A stretch of DNA of 64,000 bases from an uncultured Gammaproteobacteria bacterium (GTDB taxonomy: Bacteria > Patescibacteriota > Microgenomatia > Daviesbacterales > UBA10151): positions 28,976 through 92,975 of the forward strand of contig CAZFYQ010000003.1 in NCBI GenBank assembly GCA_964523905.1, in the 5' to 3' direction. The notes below the pieces were generated by a model. That model did not search any database. It was not told where the DNA came from and saw nothing but the letters and a program-made list of their open reading frames with translations. Of this stretch, positions 27,331-36,776 are shown piece by piece. Position 1 is the first letter of the stretch. Each line of letters starts with the position of its first letter. Made by a program: the position numbers and the translations under genes.

Positions 27331-29058
27331 ATGACAGAAACACAGTCTGAAGCAGTCGGTTATCCATATGCATTCAGCTTAAATGGTAGGATGCTTCCAA
27401 TTAAACCTGATTTACAAGCTCACCTTGGTCAAACAAGGGACAAGATAGAATCCGCATTTAGAAAGACTCTTTCCAGCCAAGAACTGGAGGTAATTGAAAA
27501 AATAGAGGCGGGCTTACCTTCTGATGCTCCTCCAGCGATGACTGCCATGGATTATCTTTTTCTTCGCCATAATTTGGGAACATCCTTAAACGTTATCGGG
27601 AGGGATTTAGGTATTGCAGGTAATACTCTGGGTAGAATGTTTGATAGGTTAGGACTACCCAGAATAAGCAAGACCGATGCCACTAAAATATCTAAGAGAC
27701 CGCCACAGATCGACATTGAAGCAATGGTTCAATTAATGAGTGAGCAGATAAGACTACATAGGGAAGATCCAAGCTACGAACTATCCACAAATGCCCAGTT
27801 AGGAGATATTCTTGGCTCCCATAAGTCATTAATTGGTAAATTAGCGGCTGAGTTTTTTACTCCGGAGGATCGGAAATACAGAGAGCAATCAATAAAAAGG
27901 CAGAGATTTGCAATTAGTGCAAAGAGAAATCGCGAAACGGGGAAACGTCGAGTTAGCCACATAAATCCTTTAACAGGGAATACATACGCCCACGATGCCG
28001 GGGTTATAAACGGCAAAAGATCTTATGAATTGGGCACCGGCGTTCACGCATTAACCCGTGAGCAGAGAGAAAAATACGGCAGAATTGGGGGAATCATTAC
28101 AGCTGAAGCGGGAATGGGAGTTCATGCTTTAACTCATGAGCAGCATATGGCAGCAGGACATAAGGGCGGTTCAAAGTCACGAGATAATCAATCAGGCATG
28201 TTCACTTTATCCCCGGAAAGAAAAGCGGCAATTGGATTAGCCCAGGCGATGCGTAGCATGGAAGAAGGAACAGGTATTTTTGGTTTATCTGATGAAGAAA
28301 AGAAAAAATATGCTCAGATGGGCGGCAGGACTGTTAGAGATATGGGCAAGGGGGTCTTTGGGGTCGATCCTGAGACGAATGTTCCCTACAGACTTATTGG
28401 GGGCCGTAACGCCTATCTCCAAGGTGCAGGTATTCATGGTTTGTCAATTGAACGCAGGAGAGCTATAGGAGTTGCTGCATCAGAGGTACCTAATAGTAAT
28501 AAAACCTATACGGAAACAGAGTATTTTGATTCCGTGATGGAAGCAGCTACTGCTGTACTTTTAGAGCGGTACATACCAGGCTTTCATATTGAGCGTGGTG
28601 AAACATACCAAATCAGCACTGGTATTTTAAAGAAAATAGACTTTTTAATAAACCAAGTTTTTGTCGAATTTAACCCAATTCTGTTAACTTATACAGAGGG
28701 CTCATTAGGTGCTTTTGAAACAGAGAATGAGTTTATAGAATATCAAGAGGAATTAGGTAGGCTTTCTCCAATGGAGCGAAAGCGCTACAAAAATGCCACT
28801 AGAGAAATACTTAAAGGTAGGTATTTTCAAAGAAGACGAGAGGCATTGGATGAAAATCCTGATTACAGAAAGTCTGAGCTGGTTGTTGTCACTGACCCAA
28901 TAGAACTTTATGATCAGGTTATCCAAAGGTTTGGTGCAGAAATTCCCACGCTTCAACAATTTTTAAAGGAATTTGAGGTTTTGCGAGTTGTGATTAAAGA
29001 CCAATCAGAAAAAATTAAAAACCAAAAAGATTCATCTACTTCTCCAACTGTTCTTTAA
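27331..29058 (+). CDS. HTH + tandem 26-aa repeats + putative PD-(D/E)xK nuclease domain
   Basis: SLNVIGRDLGI HTH-like segment; six G.G(V/I)(H/F).L repeats; FDSVME ... IDFLI..VFVEF. Confidence 0.7.
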   Translation: MTETQSEAVGYPYAFSLNGRMLPIKPDLQAHLGQTRDKIESAFRKTLSSQELEVIEKIEAGLPSDAPPAMTAMDYLFLRHNLGTSLNVIGRDLGIAGNTLGRMFDRLGLPRISKTDATKISKRPPQIDIEAMVQLMSEQIRLHREDPSYELSTNAQLGDILGSHKSLIGKLAAEFFTPEDRKYREQSIKRQRFAISAKRNRETGKRRVSHINPLTGNTYAHDAGVINGKRSYELGTGVHALTREQREKYGRIGGIITAEAGMGVHALTHEQHMAAGHKGGSKSRDNQSGMFTLSPERKAAIGLAQAMRSMEEGTGIFGLSDEEKKKYAQMGGRTVRDMGKGVFGVDPETNVPYRLIGGRNAYLQGAGIHGLSIERRRAIGVAASEVPNSNKTYTETEYFDSVMEAATAVLLERYIPGFHIERGETYQISTGILKKIDFLINQVFVEFNPILLTYTEGSLGAFETENEFIEYQEELGRLSPMERKRYKNATREILKGRYFQRRREALDENPDYRKSELVVVTDPIELYDQVIQRFGAEIPTLQQFLKEFEVLRVVIKDQSEKIKNQKDSSTSPTVL

Positions 29059-30025
29059 AATAATCTACCCACGGGATTAAACTGGGGTCTTGGCCATAGA
29101 GCATGGCTAACTCATAAGTTAAGTAACCTCCGAAAGACAAGACATTTAAGACTTGGGATAATTTAGAAGAACCAGATGGCTTATATTCATCAAACTCGAC
29201 ATTATTTTTACCAACCACATCTTTAGTTAGTTCCACCCGTTTTTTTAATTTATCAGAATATAAATCAGAGTTTAAAAATAAAATGAAAAGTTTCTTACCG
29301 GCAGGGTTTTTCAAACCTTCCATTAGATGATGGTTCAGCTCAGACAGCTCAGAGAATGCAGAGAAACTTTTGGCTGTTTCATTAGTTTGGTTTCTGACAA
29401 TGTGAGCATTGCCGTTTAGAAATTCGGCTGCAAAATAAACCGGAATTGACCCATTAATTTTGTCAGCCAGTCTTTTGGCTTGTTGCTTAATTACTTCTGA
29501 AGCCTTTTTTAGTTCTGAAATTGCGGTTGCGACTTCTTCATCACTAACTGATAAATAGCCCAGCCTATTCAGCAAGGCAATAGTTCCCAGGACCATATAA
29601 CCTGTTCCTAGTCTTGGTTGTCCAGAAGGGTTAAACTTTGGTTCAAACTTAAGCCCTGGTAAGTTTTGTCCCCCGCTAATTCCGGTTAACTGCAGATTTT
29701 TTTGCTGGGCCTCTTTAAGACAGGATAAAACTTCCTCAGTGGTGCCGGAATAACTGGATAGAATAGCTAAAGTTTCCTCACTGGCAAATCCTGGCAAGTG
29801 ATAGTCATTATTAGAATATAAAGGCACTTTTAATTCATCTTTATATAAAGCAGAGACAATGTAGCCACCATAAGCAGAACCACCCATGCCGCAAACTACA
29901 ATATCTTTAGCATTCTTTAATTCCTCAGGAAAATCTGTTTCTTTAGCCAGCTGCCAGATTTGTTCACATTGATCAGCAAACATTCCAGTGGAACCTAATA
30001 CATCTTTGGGATCAAGTGGATTCAT
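29036..30025 (-). CDS. bifunctional phosphoglucose/phosphomannose isomerase
   Basis: GMGGSA, SYSGTTEE, QPR, NETAK, ELNHH. Confidence 0.88.
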   Translation of the reverse strand: MNPLDPKDVLGSTGMFADQCEQIWQLAKETDFPEELKNAKDIVVCGMGGSAYGGYIVSALYKDELKVPLYSNNDYHLPGFASEETLAILSSYSGTTEEVLSCLKEAQQKNLQLTGISGGQNLPGLKFEPKFNPSGQPRLGTGYMVLGTIALLNRLGYLSVSDEEVATAISELKKASEVIKQQAKRLADKINGSIPVYFAAEFLNGNAHIVRNQTNETAKSFSAFSELSELNHHLMEGLKNPAGKKLFILFLNSDLYSDKLKKRVELTKDVVGKNNVEFDEYKPSGSSKLSQVLNVLSFGGYLTYELAMLYGQDPSLIPWVDYFKEQLEK

Positions 30026-30077
30026 CCTCCTTATATTAACATGTGACAATCAGTAGGAAAAGTGGTATGTTTTAGGC

Positions 30078-31526
30078 ATGGATTCTTACGCTCTAATAAT
30101 CTTCGGCATTACCGGCAACTTAGCACAAATCAAATTAATCCCTGTTCTATATGACATGGCAGAGAAAGATTTACTGCCAGAGGGAATGATTATCCTTGGC
30201 ATTGCCAGAAAACCAATGACCAAAGAAGAATTTCAGGATTATTTTTATCAGACTCTAAAATCAGGTAACATTCATCACCAACATGAGATCAAAGATGAGG
30301 TATTTAAGAAGTTAAGTTCTAAAATTCATTATTTAGATGGTACGGTTGATGATCCTAATTTCTACCCTAGATTGAAAGATTATTTAGCAGACCTAAATAA
30401 AAAGGGCTATCACTGTGATAATCGAATTTATTATTTGGCAACTTATCCTGATCTCTATTCAAAAGTTTTTGAAGGCTTACAGAAAAGTGGCTTAAATAAA
30501 CAGGATGATGGTTGGGTACGTCTAATGATTGAAAAACCAATCGGACATGACTTGGAATCTGCAAAGGAGTTAAACCAACTATTACTAAAATACTTTACTG
30601 AGGATCAAATTTACAGATTGGATCATTACTTAGGCAAAGAAACCTTACAAAATATCCTCACCTTTAGATTTTCTAACGGCATTTTTGATCCGTTAATTAA
30701 TAAAGACTATATTGATCACATTCAAATCACAGCATCTGAGGACTTTGGTATTGGTAAACGCGGTGGTTATTATGACCAAACCGGTGCATTAAAAGATGTT
30801 GGTCAAAATCACCAGCTGCAAATGTTGGCTTTTGCCACCATGGATGCACCAGCTGAGTTTAGTAATGAAGCAGTAACCCGGGAACGCTTAAAAATTCTAC
30901 AAAGCTTAGTAGCAAAGCCAGAAGATGTGGTGTTTGGGCAATATGAGGATTATGATAAAGAGCCTAATGTTGATCCCAAATCAACCACTGATACTTACTA
31001 TGCTTTGAAAACTTATATTGATAACGAGCGGTTTAAAGGAGTGCCAATTTATATCCGTGCTGGCAAAAAATTAAACCAAACTGTGACTGAAATTAGCATT
31101 GTATTTAAAAACCCAATCAACCGGCTGTTAAAAAATGTTGCCGCAGGAGATAACCCTAATGTTTTAATTTATCGGATACAGCCTAATGAAGGCATTGTTT
31201 TAAAAATTCTGACTAAGGTTCCCGGCCATGAAATTAAATTAGAACCAGAGTATATGCAATTTTGCTACAAACTGGACCCTCATCAGCACTATATTCCTGA
31301 TCCTTATGAACGATTATTAGTTGATACTATGCAAGGAGACCAAACCTTTTTTAACGATGCCGAGGAAGTGGAAGCTCAGTGGGCTTTTATTGATAAACTA
31401 GTCGCTAAAAGAGGCAAACCAACTATATATAAGGCCGGATCATGGGGTCCTAAAGAGGCTGATGAATTACTAGAAAAAGATGGTCGAAGCTGGCTGGAAC
31501 CTTCCATGGATTTCTGTCGTATATGA
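30078..31526 (+). CDS. zwf: glucose-6-phosphate 1-dehydrogenase
   Basis: GITGNLA, IEKPIG, RLDHYLGKE, RIQPNEG. Confidence 0.95.
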   Translation: MDSYALIIFGITGNLAQIKLIPVLYDMAEKDLLPEGMIILGIARKPMTKEEFQDYFYQTLKSGNIHHQHEIKDEVFKKLSSKIHYLDGTVDDPNFYPRLKDYLADLNKKGYHCDNRIYYLATYPDLYSKVFEGLQKSGLNKQDDGWVRLMIEKPIGHDLESAKELNQLLLKYFTEDQIYRLDHYLGKETLQNILTFRFSNGIFDPLINKDYIDHIQITASEDFGIGKRGGYYDQTGALKDVGQNHQLQMLAFATMDAPAEFSNEAVTRERLKILQSLVAKPEDVVFGQYEDYDKEPNVDPKSTTDTYYALKTYIDNERFKGVPIYIRAGKKLNQTVTEISIVFKNPINRLLKNVAAGDNPNVLIYRIQPNEGIVLKILTKVPGHEIKLEPEYMQFCYKLDPHQHYIPDPYERLLVDTMQGDQTFFNDAEEVEAQWAFIDKLVAKRGKPTIYKAGSWGPKEADELLEKDGRSWLEPSMDFCRI

Positions 31527-32239
31527 AAATAACTTTTCTGGGCACTAATGGCTGGTATACTACTCCTACAGGTAACACACCGAGTGTTTTAATCGATGCT
31601 AAGGAAGGCTATGTTGTCTTTGATGCCGGTAATGGAATTTATAAACTGGCTGATTATATTAAAGAAGATAAGCCAGTTAGTCTATTTATCTCCCATTTTC
31701 ATCTGGATCATGTTTCAGGATTACATTCCAGTGTAATGAATGTCAATATGAATGTGTATATGGGACCGAATCGAAAAAAAGACTATGACATTTTAATGAA
31801 TCCTCCATTTAGCAACCCCAAACCATGGCAGGTAAAAGAGTTAAACTTAGGGATTAATGATGTGGGTTTTCCTGTTGAGGTGTTTGAAATGCATCATGCC
31901 TATACTGACCACGGTTTTCGAGTGACTTTGGAAGGTAAAACTATTTCCTACTCCGGAGACACCGGAATTTGTGATAATTCTATTCCTTTAGCCAAAGACT
32001 GCGATCTACTTATCCATGAATGCTCCGGCTTAGATAAAGGCGATCCCGAGTGGGGTCATGTAAATGCGACAGAAGCTGCTCAGTTGGCTAAAGATACTAA
32101 TGTTAAAAAGCTAGTACTTAACCATTTTGATGCTTCTGTATATACAGACTTAGAGAAAAGAAAGATTGCTGAAAACATGGCCCAGGAAATTTTCCCTGAA
32201 TCTCAAATAGCCACTGATAACCTAACAATTACTCTGTAA
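31523..32239 (+). CDS. MBL-fold metallohydrolase (RNase Z-like)
   Basis: FLGT, DAG, SHFHLDH, YSGDT, IHEC; ATGA overlap with zwf. Confidence 0.85.
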   Translation: MKITFLGTNGWYTTPTGNTPSVLIDAKEGYVVFDAGNGIYKLADYIKEDKPVSLFISHFHLDHVSGLHSSVMNVNMNVYMGPNRKKDYDILMNPPFSNPKPWQVKELNLGINDVGFPVEVFEMHHAYTDHGFRVTLEGKTISYSGDTGICDNSIPLAKDCDLLIHECSGLDKGDPEWGHVNATEAAQLAKDTNVKKLVLNHFDASVYTDLEKRKIAENMAQEIFPESQIATDNLTITL

Positions 32240-33194
32240 TCTTTTTAACCGGGTGCCTACCAAATTGCCACCTCATAGCAGCTACTACCTTATTTCTAAA
32301 ACCAGCTGGAGAATCTTCTTTGTCCTGATCAGAAGCCCGTCTAACTGCCAATGAGGCCTCTATCACTGGTACCGGTACTTTTTTATCATGGGCAATTTCA
32401 ATGGTCCAGTCTGCTTCTGCTTTGGTTTTACCAGCTCCCCCACCGGAACCAATAACAGAAGAAATGGTTTTTAGCTCTGGGTCTTCCTGAAGTTCTTTTA
32501 ATGTCCAATCCACCAAACGTGAATCAACTATTGATTCATTATTATAAACTCTAAACACCTCTTTTAGGTCTAATTTAAAGTCAGAGTACTTCAATATTGC
32601 CGCACCTTCGGCAATTGCTTCCATCATGCCATATTCAATTCCGTTATGTACCATTTTGACAAAATGTCCGGCACCTAAATTACCCATCCATCCATAAGCT
32701 TTCGGCGCAGCAACTGCTTTAAAAAAAGGTTCGGCCATACCATAAGCTTCTTTCGGACCACCAATCATTAAGCAGGCTCCGGTTCTGGCTCCTTCTACCC
32801 CGCCTGAGGTGCCAACATCCATAAAATGGATTCCTTTTTCAGCTAATTGTTGGCCGCGTTTAATACTATCCTGGTAAAAAGAGTTACCTCCATCAATGAT
32901 AATGTCACCTTTAGATAGTTTAGGGATTAAATCAGTAAGTACCGCATCAACTGCCTCTGCTGAAACCATTAGCCAAATAATTCTGGGAGTATCTAGCTTT
33001 TCTATTAATTGATCAGTGGTTTCTGTAATTATTAAGTTCTCTGAACCATTTGATAAAACATCGGCCTCTTCTCTTAATTCTTCCCTGGGTTTTTCTGATC
33101 TGTTCCAGGCAATTACTTCAATATTGTGTTCCAGCAAATTAAGCGCAATATTTTTGCCCATCCGTCCCAAGCCAATAAAACCAATCTGTTGCAT
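32229..33194 (-). CDS. gnd: 6-phosphogluconate dehydrogenase (short type)
   Basis: GLGRMG, DGGNS, GTSGG, GHFVKMVHNGIEY. Confidence 0.93.
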   Translation of the reverse strand: MQQIGFIGLGRMGKNIALNLLEHNIEVIAWNRSEKPREELREEADVLSNGSENLIITETTDQLIEKLDTPRIIWLMVSAEAVDAVLTDLIPKLSKGDIIIDGGNSFYQDSIKRGQQLAEKGIHFMDVGTSGGVEGARTGACLMIGGPKEAYGMAEPFFKAVAAPKAYGWMGNLGAGHFVKMVHNGIEYGMMEAIAEGAAILKYSDFKLDLKEVFRVYNNESIVDSRLVDWTLKELQEDPELKTISSVIGSGGGAGKTKAEADWTIEIAHDKKVPVPVIEASLAVRRASDQDKEDSPAGFRNKVVAAMRWQFGRHPVKKITE

Positions 33195-33200
33195 AGTGCT

Positions 33201-33236
33201 TGTAATTGTAAACTGAAAATTGTAAATTGTAAATTG
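33201..33236. repeat. degenerate heptamer tandem repeat (AATTGTA-like)
   Basis: tgtaattgtaaactgaaaattgtaaattgtaaattg between divergent gnd and ROK genes. Confidence 0.7.
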
Positions 33237-33238
33237 AG

Positions 33239-34072
33239 ATGTATCTTGTATTTGACATTGGTGGTACGAAAATGAGAATTGCTACGGCCAGTGGCAATGA
33301 AGTTGGTGAACCCCGGATTATTCCCACTCCTTCAGGATTTGAAGAAGGATTACAGCAGATTAGAGCAATTGCCGGTGAACTGGCTCCTGGAGAAATTATT
33401 CAGGGTATTGCCGGTGGAATTGCCGGGCCACTGAACCCTGAAAAAACCATGCTGGTGAAAAGCCCTCACGTTGGTAATTGGGTGAATCAGCCTCTAAAGC
33501 AGAAGTTACAGGAAATGTTTAACTGCCCGGTTTTTCTGGAAAATGATGCTGATTTAGGAGGCTTGGGGGAAGCAACCCATGGAGCTGGCCAGCATCATAA
33601 TATTGTGGCATTTTTTACAATCAGCACCGGTGTTGGTGGAGCCAGAATCGTTGATCAAAAAATTGACCGGAATTCTTTAGGATTTGAGCCAGGACATCAA
33701 ATTATTGTGCCTAATGGAAACCAATGTGAATGCGGCGGTCAAGGCCACTTGGAGTCATACGTTGGCGGATTATACCTACAGAGAATTTATGGTTTAAAAG
33801 GCATCGAGATTACTGATCCAAAAACTTGGGACCAGATTGCTCATTTCCTGGCCCTGGGACTGACTAATAGCGTAGTTCATTGGTCACCGGATATCATCGT
33901 ACTTGGAGGCAGTGTTTCTAACAGTCTGCCGATTGAAACAGTGCAAAATTATTTACAAGAATATTTAACTATTTTTCCGAAAGGCCCGCAGGTTGTTAAA
34001 GGGACATTGGGAGATAAGGCCGGTTTATACGGGGGGTTAGCTTTGTTAAATACTGCCAATGAAAAAGGGTAA
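33239..34072 (+). CDS. ROK family sugar kinase
   Basis: DIGGT, ENDA, STGVGG, EPGH, CECGGQGHLE. Confidence 0.92.
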   Translation: MYLVFDIGGTKMRIATASGNEVGEPRIIPTPSGFEEGLQQIRAIAGELAPGEIIQGIAGGIAGPLNPEKTMLVKSPHVGNWVNQPLKQKLQEMFNCPVFLENDADLGGLGEATHGAGQHHNIVAFFTISTGVGGARIVDQKIDRNSLGFEPGHQIIVPNGNQCECGGQGHLESYVGGLYLQRIYGLKGIEITDPKTWDQIAHFLALGLTNSVVHWSPDIIVLGGSVSNSLPIETVQNYLQEYLTIFPKGPQVVKGTLGDKAGLYGGLALLNTANEKG

Positions 34073-34121
34073 GCTTTCTTTGCCTACCCTTATCATTCCG
34101 TCACTAATTCTCTGTCAAGTA

Positions 34122-34298
34122 TCAAATAGCTACTCCGATCACAATATCTGCCCATATATCTCTGCCTGATGTTCCTCTCCAACCACCCCTGGCAATATCC
34201 TGATGTAACACCTCATCTCTAGTAAACTCAAACATTTCAGTGTCCTGATCCTTTTTAATACTTGGATTTCTTTTCTTACCTTTTCTTAACTTCGGCAT
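34122..34298 (-). CDS. small hypothetical protein (58 aa)
   Basis: AGAAAGGAGGT SD then MPKLRKGKKRNPS...RGGWRGTSGRDIWADIVIGVAI. Confidence 0.55.
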   Translation of the reverse strand: MPKLRKGKKRNPSIKKDQDTEMFEFTRDEVLHQDIARGGWRGTSGRDIWADIVIGVAI

Positions 34299-34351
34299 AT
34301 TTATTTTTACCTCCTTTCTTTAAAGATAAACCTCCTTACCGACCACTAACT

Positions 34352-34429
34352 TTAGTGGCCGGACTCATCCTGTTCAGGCTGTTCCTGATTAGTTTGATCT
34401 TCTTTGGTTTGGTCTTGATCTTGATTCAT
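34352..34429 (-). CDS. acidic micropeptide (25 aa)
   Basis: AGAAAGGAGGT SD then MNQDQDQTKEDQTNQEQPEQDESGH. Confidence 0.55.
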   Translation of the reverse strand: MNQDQDQTKEDQTNQEQPEQDESGH

Positions 34430-34535
34430 TTTTTACCTCCTTTCTTTATGGATTTTCAGTATGCTGGTATCATAAAGCACATAGGTGAGAGAAAAAGAAA
34501 AATTAGGTAAGTAATCTGTTAGAATAAGGGTGTCC

Positions 34536-34608
34536 GCCCCTGTAGCTCAGTAGATAGAGCGCTTCGCTTCGGACGAATAGGCCGAGGGTGCAATTCCTTC
34601 CAGGGGCA
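34536..34608 (+). tRNA. tRNA-Arg(TCG)
   Basis: Acceptor GCCCCTG/CAGGGGC, D arm GCTC/GAGC, anticodon loop CTTCGGA, T arm GAGGG-TGCAATT-CCTTC. Confidence 0.88.
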
Positions 34609-34615
34609 CACAGTG

Positions 34616-34685
34616 CAAGCAAGGGTTCGTTCATCCCGATTATGATCGGAATGCTTTGCAAAGCAAAGTTCCTGCCGGGGGCACA
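34616..34685 (+). pseudogene. tRNA-Arg-like 3'-half relic with hairpins inserted in the T-loop
   Basis: GCAAGGGTTCG-[insert]-TTCCTGCCGGGGGCACA versus TTCCTTCCAGGGGCACA in the tRNA. Confidence 0.55.
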
Positions 34686-34702
34686 TATGCTAGAATAATT
34701 TA

Positions 34703-36229
34703 GTGCAGATTTTATATTCCAAAAAATTTCTTACAGTTGCTGCTTTAATACTGACAATTTTAGTTTTAATCATTGGACATCAAAAAAGATCAATTGCTTA
34801 TTCAACCACCCCTGATAGCGGTATTTTAGATGAGTTAAGTTATACCTGGGAAGGCATGAGTATCCGTCAAACAGGTGTGCCTGTTGGCTGGTCAGATAGC
34901 GGGGTTTATCATGGTGGTGATATTAACAAACGTGGTGAGGTGGGAGGAATTAAAGACTTTTATATTCAGTTAGATGGCAAACAAGTAAATTTTGCCAATA
35001 TTCATCAATTTAAAACACCTTTTTATGCTATTTTAGATTTTGATATTTCCAAGCAGACCCAAAGCCGGGACCGGATGGGCTTAAGCCAAATTGATCTGGT
35101 GGCACCTTTTTTTGATCATCCACCGCTGGGAGGCTTAATTTATAGCTTGGCAGTAACTCCGCAGACTAAAACTTTTAGTGATGTTACAACTTTCCAAACC
35201 CGCAAAGTCAGTTTGTATTTGGCAATTATTACTGGCGCATTACTTTTTATTCTGGCTTTTCTAATTACAGGTAATCCTTGGGTGGGTTTGTTGGCAACTT
35301 CGATCTATAATTTTGCTCCGGCATATTTTTTTGCCAGCAGGCCAGCATTTTTGGAAAATGTAATTGCTCCTTTTGCGCTGTTACAGCTGGTCTTGTTGTT
35401 TCTTAGTTTCCGCTATCCTGCTAAAAAAATGTGGTTAATGGGACTGGCAGGTTTGGTTGCTGGTTTAACAGTGTTAGTTAAGGAATCCGGATTAGGATTC
35501 ATGCTCGGCTCTTTGATAATTATGAGACTTCAGAAGCTGGAAAGAAAAGATTTCTATGCTTACCTGAAATTTTTTGCAGTGCCGGTGGTTCTATATATTG
35601 TTTGGGGCATGTATTTATCAGCTGACACCTTTTTTAAGATCATTATTTTTAATGGCAGTAGACAATTTTGGGGAGCTTTGAATTTCCTAACCATGTTTAC
35701 ATCCCTCAGGCTGAAGGATTTTCCATTTGATGGCTGGTGGGTGTTTGGTTTTATATCCTGGATGATTTTAGCCTTAAATAAAGGTAAAATTTCTAATACT
35801 TGGATGATTGCACCGCTGGCTCACCTGATATTGATCCTTTTTCTGGGCGGATTTAACTATTCCTGGTATTACTTGGCTTTAGTCCCATTCTTGGCTTTAG
35901 GTTCAGCGATAGTGCTATGGCAACTATTAATTGCCCCTGGGCTGGTGGAACTAATTACTTTTTTTGTTTTTCCAGCATCCAGTAGTTTGTACTGGGGACA
36001 TGAGCTGACTCAGTTTACTCCTTCTATTTTGGAGTACCGTTTGTTTATGTTAGCTACTTTTGGCCTGGGCTCTTTAGCAATCCTTAAGAATAATAAAAAA
36101 TTGCTGCTAGCTTGGAGAATATTTCTGATAATAACCCTGATAATCCTAATGGCCTTTAATTACAAATCCCTTTCCTACATCATGTCCCACTGGGGCAAAT
36201 CATCCTACCCCAGCCTACCCCCAACGTAA
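34703..36229 (+). CDS. GT-C fold membrane glycosyltransferase (ArnT/PMT-like)
   Basis: DE after TM1, DHPPLG, VKESG, SWYY, many TMs. Confidence 0.82.
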   Translation: MQILYSKKFLTVAALILTILVLIIGHQKRSIAYSTTPDSGILDELSYTWEGMSIRQTGVPVGWSDSGVYHGGDINKRGEVGGIKDFYIQLDGKQVNFANIHQFKTPFYAILDFDISKQTQSRDRMGLSQIDLVAPFFDHPPLGGLIYSLAVTPQTKTFSDVTTFQTRKVSLYLAIITGALLFILAFLITGNPWVGLLATSIYNFAPAYFFASRPAFLENVIAPFALLQLVLLFLSFRYPAKKMWLMGLAGLVAGLTVLVKESGLGFMLGSLIIMRLQKLERKDFYAYLKFFAVPVVLYIVWGMYLSADTFFKIIIFNGSRQFWGALNFLTMFTSLRLKDFPFDGWWVFGFISWMILALNKGKISNTWMIAPLAHLILILFLGGFNYSWYYLALVPFLALGSAIVLWQLLIAPGLVELITFFVFPASSSLYWGHELTQFTPSILEYRLFMLATFGLGSLAILKNNKKLLLAWRIFLIITLIILMAFNYKSLSYIMSHWGKSSYPSLPPT

Positions 36230-36251
36230 ATCTTTCTTGTATAATGACCCT

Positions 36252-36773
36252 ATGAAAGAAGGAACACCGCAAGATATTGTAGAGCAGTACAAGACAGTAA
36301 CCGGAAATTTAGATCAAATGTTTGTAATAGCTAGTTCTAGAACAAAACAAGAGTTTTGGCGGCAAGACGGTGTGGGAAGTTGTGCAGTAGTAACAAATAA
36401 GGCAATTGCTGAGCTTGGTATTTTAGATAATGAGGCTGGTAGACTGTTAATTGTTGCGCGCGAAGATAAAGATAGAGAAATCAGGGGGAGATCCGGAGCT
36501 ACTGGCTGTCCATACCATAGAATTAACCATGGTTGTATTTTAGGGGAATTAAAATCACCAATTTGTGTGGGCTATTTTGATAATCCTGATGAATGGGAAA
36601 ACAAATTCGGTATTGATGCAGACCAGCTTAGAGAGGAAATAAGTAATACCTTATACAGCGTTCTAACTGGGCAAGGCTTAGAAGAACCACAACCTATAAA
36701 TGAATTTGTTATGAAAATTAAGGATCTTACGGCTCATATTGAACAGAAACCCATGTTATTTGATAAATCTTAA
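36252..36773 (+). CDS. Cys-containing hypothetical protein
   Basis: GCPYH....GC.L..LKSPIC motif, possible metal/Fe-S site. Confidence 0.65.
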   Translation: MKEGTPQDIVEQYKTVTGNLDQMFVIASSRTKQEFWRQDGVGSCAVVTNKAIAELGILDNEAGRLLIVAREDKDREIRGRSGATGCPYHRINHGCILGELKSPICVGYFDNPDEWENKFGIDADQLREEISNTLYSVLTGQGLEEPQPINEFVMKIKDLTAHIEQKPMLFDKS

Positions 36774-36776
36774 ATT

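Noticed and set aside
34262-34510. 82-aa hydrophobic plus-strand ORF
   Set aside because: Shadow of purine-rich minus-strand ORFs that have strong SD motifs.
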